Shown one piece after another: positions 9,938 to 20,573 of a stretch of 29,982 nt of DNA. Within the stretch, counting starts at the first letter, position 1, and the number at the start of each line of letters is the position of its first letter. The stretch lies in NCBI GenBank assembly GCA_029937335.1, contig JAPYQD010000001.1:1-29982 (forward strand). Reading direction: 5' to 3'. Both the position numbers and the translations under genes were made by a program. The stretch comes from Gammaproteobacteria bacterium. GTDB lineage: Bacteria; Pseudomonadota; Gammaproteobacteria; PS1; Pseudothioglobaceae. The notes under the pieces are model-generated. The model worked only from the letters and a program-made list of their open reading frames with translations, ran no database searches and had not been told where the DNA came from.

Positions 9938-11224
9938 CTACTTTTTCTTTAAACGCTCAATGCCGAGCATCTTAAAGATGTATTTCTGATAAGCCGGCTC
10001 TGAATTTCCGATTTTCATATTACGAATAAAGAATTTCTCAAAGGCAATTTTTGCCAAGTGCATCATCTTGCCTTTTTTCGCCCAAGTGACATTTCTGGGT
10101 GGAATTTGTGGCATGGCAACAAATGCTGCACCCGTGTCACCCATATCGGCGATACAAACAGCATTCCAAGTTGGGATATTGGATGGTGATTTACCAGCAA
10201 TCATGTCCTCAATATTGTGTACCACCGCCGTCACCATGGATTCAATCATATAGCCGGTTTTTGGTGTGCCACACATCACTGGTGTTGGTTCAACCGGTGG
10301 AATGGCGATATTCACACCAACCGAGAAAATGTTTTCTTTGACAGGCGACTGTTGGTAATCGTTGATCATTACAAAACCACGTGGGTTAACATAGCCCGCA
10401 TCAACATCAGCTAACTTAGCCACGGTGTCTACGCCTTTAAAGGCAGGCAAGAACATAGTGTATTTGGTTTCAACCTCATGTGTTTTAATGGTTTCCCCTT
10501 CGTCGTTAACTTCTTCTACTATGACTTTATCAGCAGCAATTGAAGCAACCTTGGCGTTGGTAATCCATTTAATGTGTCGCTGTCTAAATTCTGATTCTAA
10601 AAGACCTTTGGAATCGCCAACACCACCCAAACCTAAGTGACCGATATAAGGCTCAGCAGTAACAAACGTCATCGGGCATTTGTCACGAATGCCACGTTTT
10701 TTAAGGTCGGTATCCATAATACAGGCGAATTCATAAGCGGGGCCGAAGCAAGAAGCACCTTGAACTGCGCCAACAACAATTGGTCCGCCGCCATTATTAC
10801 AAAAATCTTCCCACTCACTTGAGGCAACTTTAGCATGAGCCGTGGTACAAATAGAAACACTATGTCCATCAGGACCAAGGCCTTTCACCTCGTCAAAGGC
10901 GAGTTTAGGTCCAGTGGCCAATACTAGATAATCGTAATCTACCACTTGATCACCCACCACGACCTGATTGTCATTTGGTTTAATTTCAGTAGCCTCACCA
11001 ACGATTAGATTAATGTCTTTGCGTTTAAGATGTGGCGCCAACTCAAAACTAATATCATCTTCAGAACGCCAACCCACTGCAACCCACGGATTAGATGGAA
11101 TAAAGTTAAAGTTTGGGTTGTTAGAAATGACGGTAACTTTATGGTCATTTCCCAATGTTTTTTTAGCGTCATAAGCAAAAGGTAATCCACCCGTACTTGC
11201 ACCAATTACGACAACATGTGCCAT
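9938..11224 (-). CDS. sqr: sulfide:quinone oxidoreductase, type I (SqrA-like)
   Basis: FAD-binding N-terminus, FIPSNPWVAVGW, three diagnostic Cys motifs (SICT, GASCFGPAYE, NAVCIADMGD), PKTGYMIESM, HLAKIAFEKFF, as in Acidithiobacillus/Aquifex-type SQRs. Confidence 0.94.
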   Translation of the reverse strand: MAHVVVIGASTGGLPFAYDAKKTLGNDHKVTVISNNPNFNFIPSNPWVAVGWRSEDDISFELAPHLKRKDINLIVGEATEIKPNDNQVVVGDQVVDYDYLVLATGPKLAFDEVKGLGPDGHSVSICTTAHAKVASSEWEDFCNNGGGPIVVGAVQGASCFGPAYEFACIMDTDLKKRGIRDKCPMTFVTAEPYIGHLGLGGVGDSKGLLESEFRQRHIKWITNAKVASIAADKVIVEEVNDEGETIKTHEVETKYTMFLPAFKGVDTVAKLADVDAGYVNPRGFVMINDYQQSPVKENIFSVGVNIAIPPVEPTPVMCGTPKTGYMIESMVTAVVHNIEDMIAGKSPSNIPTWNAVCIADMGDTGAAFVAMPQIPPRNVTWAKKGKMMHLAKIAFEKFFIRNMKIGNSEPAYQKYIFKMLGIERLKKK

Positions 11225-11237
11225 ATTTTCTCCTCAG

Positions 11238-11251
11238 TTGATTTGTTTCAA
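11238..11251. promoter_or_regulatory. FNR/CRP-family-like box TTGAT-N4-TTCAA
   Basis: 9/10 match to the FNR consensus TTGAT-N4-ATCAA, between the predicted sqr -10 and the sqr SD. Confidence 0.4.
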
Positions 11252-11259
11252 AAAAAACC

Positions 11260-11288
11260 ATTATTAATAAAGTTGTGCAAGTTGTCAA
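11260..11288 (-). promoter_or_regulatory. sigma70-type promoter of sqr
   Basis: Minus strand TTGACA (11288-11283), 17-nt spacer, AATAAT (11265-11260). GAGGAG SD before the ATG. Confidence 0.55.
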
Positions 11289-11353
11289 ATATATAAGAAT
11301 ATCGTTACTTATTAATACTGCTAATAAAAGTAGTTTTTTCACTAAAAACGTCT

Positions 11354-11367
11354 TTAATTTACATCAA
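11354..11367. promoter_or_regulatory. FNR/CRP-family-like box TTAAT-N4-ATCAA
   Basis: 9/10 match to TTGAT-N4-ATCAA, just upstream of the atp -10. Confidence 0.35.
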
Positions 11368-11375
11368 TCAGACTG

Positions 11376-11381
11376 TATAAT
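11376..11381 (+). promoter_or_regulatory. -10 element (TATAAT) of the atp operon
   Basis: Perfect TATAAT about 40 nt upstream of the atpI start. No good -35 at 17-nt spacing. Confidence 0.45.
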
Positions 11382-11420
11382 TCACAATTTTGTGGGTTTG
11401 TGATATCGGAGGTTTTGGCA

Positions 11421-11771
11421 GTGAAAAGTAAGCTGCCAAAAATTCAACTAATCATCATATTGGTGACCATCGCTTATTTCTCCACATTGGGTGCAGGGCT
11501 TTCTGCAGCTTATGGAGGGTTGATTAGCTTGATGAACACAGGGTTGGTTAATCGGCATACAAATAAACAAAGAGAAGATTTAACCATTAGCGCCCAGGCA
11601 GGTATCGGGATGATGGCCATTAGTGTGATAATGCGTATGGCGATGGTAGTGGGTTTAACTTTAGCAGGGCATTTCCTTTTAAAGTTAAGCACAGATGCTC
11701 TAATTGTTAGTTTGGTTTTAGGATTGATTGGTTTTTTAATAGATAAGATGTTGTCCAATGGCGGGCAATAA
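11421..11771 (+). CDS. atpI: ATP synthase protein I
   Basis: Small hydrophobic protein with about 4 TM segments and AAYGGLISL, directly before atpB. GTG at 11421 has a GGAGG SD at 11408-11412 (ORF track starts at 11400). Confidence 0.8.
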   Translation: MKSKLPKIQLIIILVTIAYFSTLGAGLSAAYGGLISLMNTGLVNRHTNKQREDLTISAQAGIGMMAISVIMRMAMVVGLTLAGHFLLKLSTDALIVSLVLGLIGFLIDKMLSNGGQ

Positions 11772-11791
11772 ATATAAGCACAGAAGTTTAG

Positions 11792-12655
<864 letters not shown>

Positions 12656-12676
12656 TTTTTTAAAAAAAAGGAGTAA

Positions 12677-12919
<243 letters not shown>

Positions 12920-12952
12920 AGACTGTTTACTTAAAAGCACAAGGTTTAAGCT

Positions 12953-13423
12953 ATGAATATTAATTTGACGATGATTGGCCAGTTAATCATGTTCGCCATG
13001 TTTACATGGTTCTGCATGAAGTTTATTTGGCCACCAATTGTTGCTGCCATGGACGAGCGTAAAAAGCGCATTGAAAGTGGTTTGATTGCAGCAGAACGCG
13101 GCTTGTCAGAGCATAAAGAAGCACAACAAAAAGCGCAAGAGATGCTTAATCAGTCTAAAGATCAAGCAGCTGAAATCATTGCTAATGCAGGCAGACAAGC
13201 CTCAACAATGGTTGAAGACGCTAAAGATGTTGCCTCTCAAGAAGCAGGCCGTATTAAAACCCACGCACAAGCGGAGATTGAGCAAGAAGCCAATCGTGCA
13301 CGCAATGAGCTAAAAGACCAAGTGTCTGATTTAGTTATGCAGGGTGTAAATTCGGTTTTGGCCAAAGAGGTAGACGCTAAAGTACATAAAGACATGTTAG
13401 GCAAATTGTCGCAAACACTATAG
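12953..13423 (+). CDS. atpF: F0 subunit b
   Basis: [17 protein letters not shown], coiled coil. Confidence 0.97.
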   Translation: MNINLTMIGQLIMFAMFTWFCMKFIWPPIVAAMDERKKRIESGLIAAERGLSEHKEAQQKAQEMLNQSKDQAAEIIANAGRQASTMVEDAKDVASQEAGRIKTHAQAEIEQEANRARNELKDQVSDLVMQGVNSVLAKEVDAKVHKDMLGKLSQTL

Positions 13424-13432
13424 GATTTATCA

Positions 13433-13981
13433 GTGGAATTAACAACCATCGCCAAGCCCTACGCTAATGCAGTTTTTGAAATTGCTGAGCAAAATAAGTC
13501 ACATTCAGACTGGAGGGGCGTATTAGAGGCGGGTGCAGAATTAGCCAATGATGGAAATATGCAAGCATTTATTGCTTCGCCTGGCGCAACTAGTGAGAAT
13601 AAAACACAAGCAGTTGCAGAAGTATTTAAGGCGATTTTAGGTAGGGCATTAAGCAAAGAGGAGACATCTTTCGTTACTTTGTTGCTAGACAATGGCCGTA
13701 TTGGTGCTCTACCAAGTATGCTTGAGTTGTTTGACATAATGAGCAACCTTAGTAGTGATGCCAAAGCATTTCATGTGGTTAGTGCTTATAAGTTAAGCGC
13801 TACTGAAGAAAAACAGATTGTGAGTGATTTATCTGATAAATACAGTACAACAGTTAGTATCGACACCGAAATAGACGAAAGTTTGGTTGGTGGCGTAGTG
13901 ATTAAAGAAGGTGACAAAGTGATTGACTTGTCGATTAAGGCTCGAGTAGATGAGCTGAGTTCACGTTTGTCAATCAATTAA
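13433..13981 (+). CDS. atpH: F1 subunit delta
   Basis: TIAKPYANAVF, DESLVGGVVIKEGDKVIDLS. GTG start. Confidence 0.96.
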   Translation: MELTTIAKPYANAVFEIAEQNKSHSDWRGVLEAGAELANDGNMQAFIASPGATSENKTQAVAEVFKAILGRALSKEETSFVTLLLDNGRIGALPSMLELFDIMSNLSSDAKAFHVVSAYKLSATEEKQIVSDLSDKYSTTVSIDTEIDESLVGGVVIKEGDKVIDLSIKARVDELSSRLSIN

Positions 13982-14005
13982 TTTATTTTATTAAGAGGAA
14001 GGGTT

Positions 14006-15547
14006 ATGCAATTAAACGCAAGCGAGATTAGTGATTTAATTAAAAAACAAATAGAAGGCTTTGATTTCGCAGCTGAAGCACGTACTGAAGGTACGGTAAT
14101 CAGTGTTAGTGATGGCATTGTTCGTATTCATGGATTAGCGGATGTTCAGTTTGGTGAAATGTTAGAATTCCCAGGCAATACGTTTGGTATGGCATTGAAC
14201 TTAGAGCAAGACTCAGTTGGTTCAGTTGTTTTAGGCGACTATTTACATATTTCACAAGGCGATACAGTTAAATGTACCAATCGTTTGATGGAAGTACCAG
14301 TGGGTGAGGCGATGTTAGGTCGCGTAGTTAACGCACTAGGTAAGCCAATTGATGGTAAAGGTGATATTGACACCCAAGACACTAGCCCATTAGAGGTTAT
14401 GGCACCGGGTGTGATTGATCGTCAAAGTGTTGACGAGCCAATTCAAACGGGTGTGAAAGCAATTGATGCGATGGTTCCTGTTGGCCGTGGTCAGCGTGAG
14501 TTAATCATTGGTGATCGTCAAACTGGTAAAACAGCCGTAGCGGTTGATGCAATTATCAACCAAAAAGACACGGGTGTTAAATGTGTGTATGTTGCCATTG
14601 GTCAAAAAGACTCTTCAGTGGCGGCAGTTGTACGTAAGCTGGAAGAGCACGGTGCAATGGAAAATACCATTGTGGTTACAGCCGGTGCTTCTGATTCAGC
14701 AGCTTTACAATACATTGCCCCTTATGCAGGTTGTTCAATGGCCGAGTATTTCCGTGATCGTGGTGAAGATGCACTAATCGTTTATGATGACTTGACTAAA
14801 CAAGCATGGGCTTACCGTGAAGTATCTTTATTATTAAAGCGTCCACCAGGACGTGAAGCCTATCCGGGTGATGTATTCTATTTACACTCACGTTTACTTG
14901 AGCGTGCATCACGTATTAATGCAGACTATGTAGAGAAGATAACCAATGGCGAAGTCAAAGGTAAAACTGGATCATTAACGGCATTACCGATTATTGAAAC
15001 ACAAGGTGGCGACGTTTCTGCTTTTGTACCAACTAACGTAATTTCAATTACAGATGGTCAAATTTTTCTAGAAACAGATTTGTTCAACGCGGGTATTCGT
15101 CCAGCAATTAATGCGGGTTTGTCTGTGTCACGAGTAGGTGGCGCAGCACAAACAAACATTATTAAGAAGCTCGGTGGTGGTATTCGTCTTGACTTGGCAC
15201 AATACCGTGAATTAGCGGCGTTTGCACAGTTTGCTTCAGATCTTGATAAAGAAACAAAAGCACAAATTGACCGTGGTCAGCGTGTGACTGAATTAATGAA
15301 GCAAAATCAATACGCACCATTATCAGTAGCACAAATGGCAACCTCATTATTTGCAGCCAACTCAGGCTCACTAGATGATATTGATGTAAATAAAGTGGTT
15401 GATTTTGAAGCGGCATTGATTGCTTATATGAACGCAAATCAGGCGTCACTACTTGAAAAAATTGACACAACCGGTGACTATAACGATGAAATTGTAGCTG
15501 AATTACAAGCTGCAATTGATGACTTTAAAGCAAACCATACTTGGTAA
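14006..15547 (+). CDS. atpA: F1 subunit alpha
   Basis: [30 protein letters not shown]. Confidence 0.99.
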   Translation: MQLNASEISDLIKKQIEGFDFAAEARTEGTVISVSDGIVRIHGLADVQFGEMLEFPGNTFGMALNLEQDSVGSVVLGDYLHISQGDTVKCTNRLMEVPVGEAMLGRVVNALGKPIDGKGDIDTQDTSPLEVMAPGVIDRQSVDEPIQTGVKAIDAMVPVGRGQRELIIGDRQTGKTAVAVDAIINQKDTGVKCVYVAIGQKDSSVAAVVRKLEEHGAMENTIVVTAGASDSAALQYIAPYAGCSMAEYFRDRGEDALIVYDDLTKQAWAYREVSLLLKRPPGREAYPGDVFYLHSRLLERASRINADYVEKITNGEVKGKTGSLTALPIIETQGGDVSAFVPTNVISITDGQIFLETDLFNAGIRPAINAGLSVSRVGGAAQTNIIKKLGGGIRLDLAQYRELAAFAQFASDLDKETKAQIDRGQRVTELMKQNQYAPLSVAQMATSLFAANSGSLDDIDVNKVVDFEAALIAYMNANQASLLEKIDTTGDYNDEIVAELQAAIDDFKANHTW

Positions 15548-15556
15548 ATAGATAAT

Positions 15557-16420
15557 ATGGCAGTTGGAAAGGAAATTAGAACGCAGATCGCGAGTATTAA
15601 AAATACTCAGAAGATTACTTCGGCCATGGAAATGGTGGCAGCGTCTAAAATGAAAAAAGCCCAAAATAGAATGTTGGCATCACGCCCTTATTCTGAAAAA
15701 ATCTCCAAAGTTATTGGACATTTGGCATATGCTCATTCTGAATTTGAACACCCGTATATGAAAGAGGCGGGCGATGTTAAACGTGTTGGAATTATTATCG
15801 TTTCTAGTGATAGAGGTTTGTGTGGTGGTTTGAACACTAACTTGTTCAGAAGCTTGTTAAAGCAAGTAACTGATTATCAAGCCAAAGGTATTGAAGTTGA
15901 TATTTGTACTATTGGTAAAAAAGCCATCTCATTCTTTAAAAATTCAGGCTTAAACATTAAGTCAGTTTTGATGGATCTAGGCGATGCACCACACTTTGAT
16001 GATTTGTTAGGTACCGTTAAAGTAATGCTAGATGCTTACGATGCAGGTGAAATTCAGCAGTTATCTGTGGCCTATAACAGGTTTCAAAACACCATGACCC
16101 AAGTGCCAACAGTGATGCAATTAGTACCAATGGTTGCAGGTGAAGTCGAGGATATGGATCATCATTGGGATTACATTTATGAGCCAGATGCTGAAGAAGC
16201 GTTGAATGCATTATTAGTAAGGTATATTGAGGCTTTAGTATATCAAGGCCTAGTAGAGAATATTGCTTGTGAGCAGTCATCACGTATGATCTCAATGAAG
16301 AGTGCAACAGACAATGCTGGCGACATGGTCCAAGATTTAGAATTAGTTTACAACAAGGCAAGACAGGCAGCAATTACTCAGGAAATTTCTGAGATTGTTA
16401 GTGGCGCTTCTGCAGTATAA
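15557..16420 (+). CDS. atpG: F1 subunit gamma
   Basis: [39 protein letters not shown]. Confidence 0.99.
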   Translation: MAVGKEIRTQIASIKNTQKITSAMEMVAASKMKKAQNRMLASRPYSEKISKVIGHLAYAHSEFEHPYMKEAGDVKRVGIIIVSSDRGLCGGLNTNLFRSLLKQVTDYQAKGIEVDICTIGKKAISFFKNSGLNIKSVLMDLGDAPHFDDLLGTVKVMLDAYDAGEIQQLSVAYNRFQNTMTQVPTVMQLVPMVAGEVEDMDHHWDYIYEPDAEEALNALLVRYIEALVYQGLVENIACEQSSRMISMKSATDNAGDMVQDLELVYNKARQAAITQEISEIVSGASAV

Positions 16421-16440
16421 ATTTAAAAAATAGAGTTTAA

Positions 16441-17838
<1,398 letters not shown>

Positions 17839-18255
17839 ATGTCAACCATCCATGTCGACGTCGTTAGTGCAACAGAGTCGCTTTACTCAGGTGAAGCGAA
17901 TTGCGTGTTTGCACCAGGGTCTACTGGCGAATTAGGCATCTATCCAAAACACGTGGCTTTATTATCGACATTAAAGCCGGGTGAAGTTAGAGTGGAAACT
18001 GAAAAAGGCGTTGAGTCTATTTATGTTTCTGGTGGTATTGTTGAAGTACAACCTGATGTAGTTACAATTTTTTCTGATACAGCAATCCGAGCACACGATT
18101 TAGATGAGTCTAAGGCGTTAGAAGCTAAGCAACGCGCTGAAGAGGCGATGGCTAATTCGGATAATGGTCATGATGTTGGCACAACACAAGCTGCATTGGC
18201 AGAAGCGATGGCGCAATTACAAATGATTTCTAAGATGCGAGGTAAAAAACTTTAA
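17839..18255 (+). CDS. atpC: F1 subunit epsilon
   Basis: GELGIYPKH, SGGIVEVQP, C-terminal helical hairpin. Confidence 0.97.
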   Translation: MSTIHVDVVSATESLYSGEANCVFAPGSTGELGIYPKHVALLSTLKPGEVRVETEKGVESIYVSGGIVEVQPDVVTIFSDTAIRAHDLDESKALEAKQRAEEAMANSDNGHDVGTTQAALAEAMAQLQMISKMRGKKL

Positions 18256-18560
18256 GTAGTTTTTATGACTTTCTGACCAAAGTTAACAACCTTATTATTG
18301 ATTACTTGAACGCCTTCTTTTTGAAGGCGTTTTATTTTGACTTGTATATCAAGCGCAAACCCGCCTAATTCCCCATTTGATTTAACCACGCGATGGCAGG
18401 GGACTTCAGGGGCAAACGGGTTTTTATTCATCGCTGAACCGACAGCGCGATGCGCCCTAGGGTGATTAATTAATTGTGCTAAACCTGCATAGGTGATAAC
18501 CCGTCCAGCAGGCACTTTGGTCTTTAGTGTGTGGTAGCAAAGATGTTGAAAATCAGTCAC
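18252..18560 (-). CDS. single-domain O6-methylguanine-DNA methyltransferase (MGMT/Ogt family)
   Basis: VPAGRVITY, RAVGSAMNKNP, active-site PCHRVV. GTG start overlaps the kdsC TGA (GTGA). Confidence 0.88.
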   Translation of the reverse strand: MTDFQHLCYHTLKTKVPAGRVITYAGLAQLINHPRAHRAVGSAMNKNPFAPEVPCHRVVKSNGELGGFALDIQVKIKRLQKEGVQVINNKVVNFGQKVIKTT

Positions 18561-19090
18561 GCTAAATAGATTTTCATTGCCTCATCAAACTTATCTTGTG
18601 CCTTTAGAATAAAGTCACATGCTTCTCTAACCGCACCATGACCACCAGCTTTCTCAGTCACCATGCAAGATTTTTCTTTGACCAATTCATGTGCATTAGC
18701 AACCGCTATAGGTAAACCAACTTTAGTCATCACTGGCAAATCAATCACATCATCCCCCACATAAGCAACTTGATCAGCCTTTAGATTGAGCTTTTCTAAT
18801 AAGTCGTTGAAGGCAATTACTTTATCTTCTTGTCCTTGGTAAAAATGCGTAATGCCCAGATTTTTCATCCGATGTTCAACCGTTGTAGAGGTGCGAGCAG
18901 TAATAACAGCGGGTTCAACACCGTTGTCTTTTAGAATCTTGATGCCTAGTCCGTCAAGTGAATTAAAGCGTTTGAATTCTTGCCCATCGTCAGAAAAATA
19001 CAACCCGCCATCGGTTAACACGCCATCAACATCAAAAATAATCAGTCGAATTTGCTTGGCTCGTAAGTAAGATTTATTGAGTAGCTTCAT
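18557..19090 (-). CDS. kdsC: KDO-8-phosphate phosphatase (HAD family)
   Basis: FDVDGVLTDG, DGLGIK, YVGDDVIDLP, GGHGAVRE. Confidence 0.92.
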   Translation of the reverse strand: MKLLNKSYLRAKQIRLIIFDVDGVLTDGGLYFSDDGQEFKRFNSLDGLGIKILKDNGVEPAVITARTSTTVEHRMKNLGITHFYQGQEDKVIAFNDLLEKLNLKADQVAYVGDDVIDLPVMTKVGLPIAVANAHELVKEKSCMVTEKAGGHGAVREACDFILKAQDKFDEAMKIYLA

Positions 19091-19093
19091 AAA

Positions 19094-19612
19094 TTAATCC
19101 TTTATTTCATCCCAATTAAAAGCCTCTCCTGGATCAGTTTTTCTGCCCGGAGCGATATCACTATGCCCAACAATATTTTGGACTGGATAATGGTCTTTTA
19201 GTTGTTTTAATGTTGTTTTTAATGATTGGTATTGTACCGCTTCATAGTTAAGATTGTCGGTTCCTTCTAGTTCGATGCCAATGGAAAAATCGTTACAATT
19301 ATCTTGTCCATTAAAGTTAGACTTTCCCGCATGCCAAGCACGCTTATCAAAGGGTACAAACTGAATGATTGAGCCATCACGCTTAATGAGTAAGTGGGCA
19401 GACACTTGTAAGTCTTGAATGGTTTTGAAATAAGGGTGCGCATTAAAATCGAGCTGATTGGTAAAAAACTGTTCAATATAGTTGTTGCTGAACTCACCTG
19501 GTGGCAAGGAAATACTGTGGATTACGATGAGAGAAATTTCATCATTGGGACGATCGTTACAATTAATCGAGGGAGATTGTGTGGCCGAAGCTAGTCGGTG
19601 GTTGCTAATCAT
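19094..19612 (-). CDS. ampD: 1,6-anhydro-N-acetylmuramyl-L-alanine amidase
   Basis: HSISLPPGEF, VSAHLLI, RAWHAGKS, SIGIELEG, GHSDIAPGRKTDPG. Confidence 0.95.
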   Translation of the reverse strand: MISNHRLASATQSPSINCNDRPNDEISLIVIHSISLPPGEFSNNYIEQFFTNQLDFNAHPYFKTIQDLQVSAHLLIKRDGSIIQFVPFDKRAWHAGKSNFNGQDNCNDFSIGIELEGTDNLNYEAVQYQSLKTTLKQLKDHYPVQNIVGHSDIAPGRKTDPGEAFNWDEIKD

Positions 19613-19627
19613 GAACTTATTATATCC

Positions 19628-20485
19628 CTATTCGATTCGGTTAAAGTAGCGCCCTCTTAGTAGCAACCTCGGGTTGTCTTTGTCATCAGTAAAGGCGTTG
19701 CGTCTATGTAAGACATTGTTGCACAACAAGCCTTGTCCAGTTTGCATTAAGTGTTTAAAGTGATAGTCAGTTGTTGTATTTAACAGGGTATCTAAATAGG
19801 CTACAGCTTGTTTAATTTCAAGTGAATCTAAGAACTCAATATTTTTTTTGCGCTGTGTGTAGCGCATATAAAGCGCTTGTGTTTTTTCATCAATGAAAAA
19901 TACTGGCCCAACTGAAGTCGCACGTCTAACTTCGCCATCAACTCTGTGTTCAGGAATACTCATGGCTTCTGGGTGAATCAATGCTTTAACCACATCAGGA
20001 TTGTCTTCACGCAATAATAAATAAATCATTTGTGGGTCGACCCATTCACTTGTGCCGCCCTTTAGTGCAGGACGCACACAGAACAAGGAGAATGCACGAA
20101 TGCGCTGTTCAATTGCATTGTAATAGCCGTCTGTATGCCAGCCTAGATTTTTGTCAGTGTAGGGGATAAATTCGCCTTGGTCTTTTTTGTCACTTTGGGT
20201 GATATGTGCCAGCCCACCTGTTTTAACAAACAAATGCGTGTCAAAATCTTTTAAGCCAAATTGTGTATTGATATCAATAACCGAATTTTCATACTGCTCG
20301 GTTGGGTCAATTTGAAATAGTGCAAAGTTACTATGTTGACATAGGTTTTTAACTTTGTTTTTTTCTGCGCTGGTGAGTTTAGATGGGTTTTGTATCTCAA
20401 CAATACAATCGGCTAGCTCAGTAGTCGTATTGGCAAGTTTTTCATCTCGCCAATATTGATACTCATCTGAATTATCTAATAACAT
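19628..20485 (-). CDS. TauD/TfdA-like Fe(II)/2-oxoglutarate-dependent dioxygenase, substrate unknown
   Basis: WHTDGYY (His-x-Asp), CVRPALKGGTS, distal NNVLHRR (His plus Arg), LLRGRY C-terminus. Confidence 0.8.
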   Translation of the reverse strand: MLLDNSDEYQYWRDEKLANTTTELADCIVEIQNPSKLTSAEKNKVKNLCQHSNFALFQIDPTEQYENSVIDINTQFGLKDFDTHLFVKTGGLAHITQSDKKDQGEFIPYTDKNLGWHTDGYYNAIEQRIRAFSLFCVRPALKGGTSEWVDPQMIYLLLREDNPDVVKALIHPEAMSIPEHRVDGEVRRATSVGPVFFIDEKTQALYMRYTQRKKNIEFLDSLEIKQAVAYLDTLLNTTTDYHFKHLMQTGQGLLCNNVLHRRNAFTDDKDNPRLLLRGRYFNRIE

Positions 20486-20488
20486 TTT

Positions 20489-20573
20489 AAAAATTAAAGC
20501 TACAAGGTGTTTTGTCTAAAGACAGTATAACTGAATACGTCGAAAGACAAATAACGCAGTCGCTTTAATTTTT
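20489..20573. repeat. 85-bp imperfect nested palindrome filling the yidC/TauD-like spacer
   Basis: AAAAATTAAAGC (20489-20500) pairs with GCTTTAATTTTT (20562-20573); TTTGTCT (20511-20517) with AGACAAA (20545-20551); GAC/GTC and GTAT/ATAC form the inner stem. Confidence 0.75.

Noticed and set aside
11261-11317. AAGTTGT direct repeat (11270-11276, 11279-11285) and TTATTAATA repeats in the sqr promoter
   Set aside because: Short and low-complexity in a very AT-rich spacer; not distinguishable from chance without comparative data.
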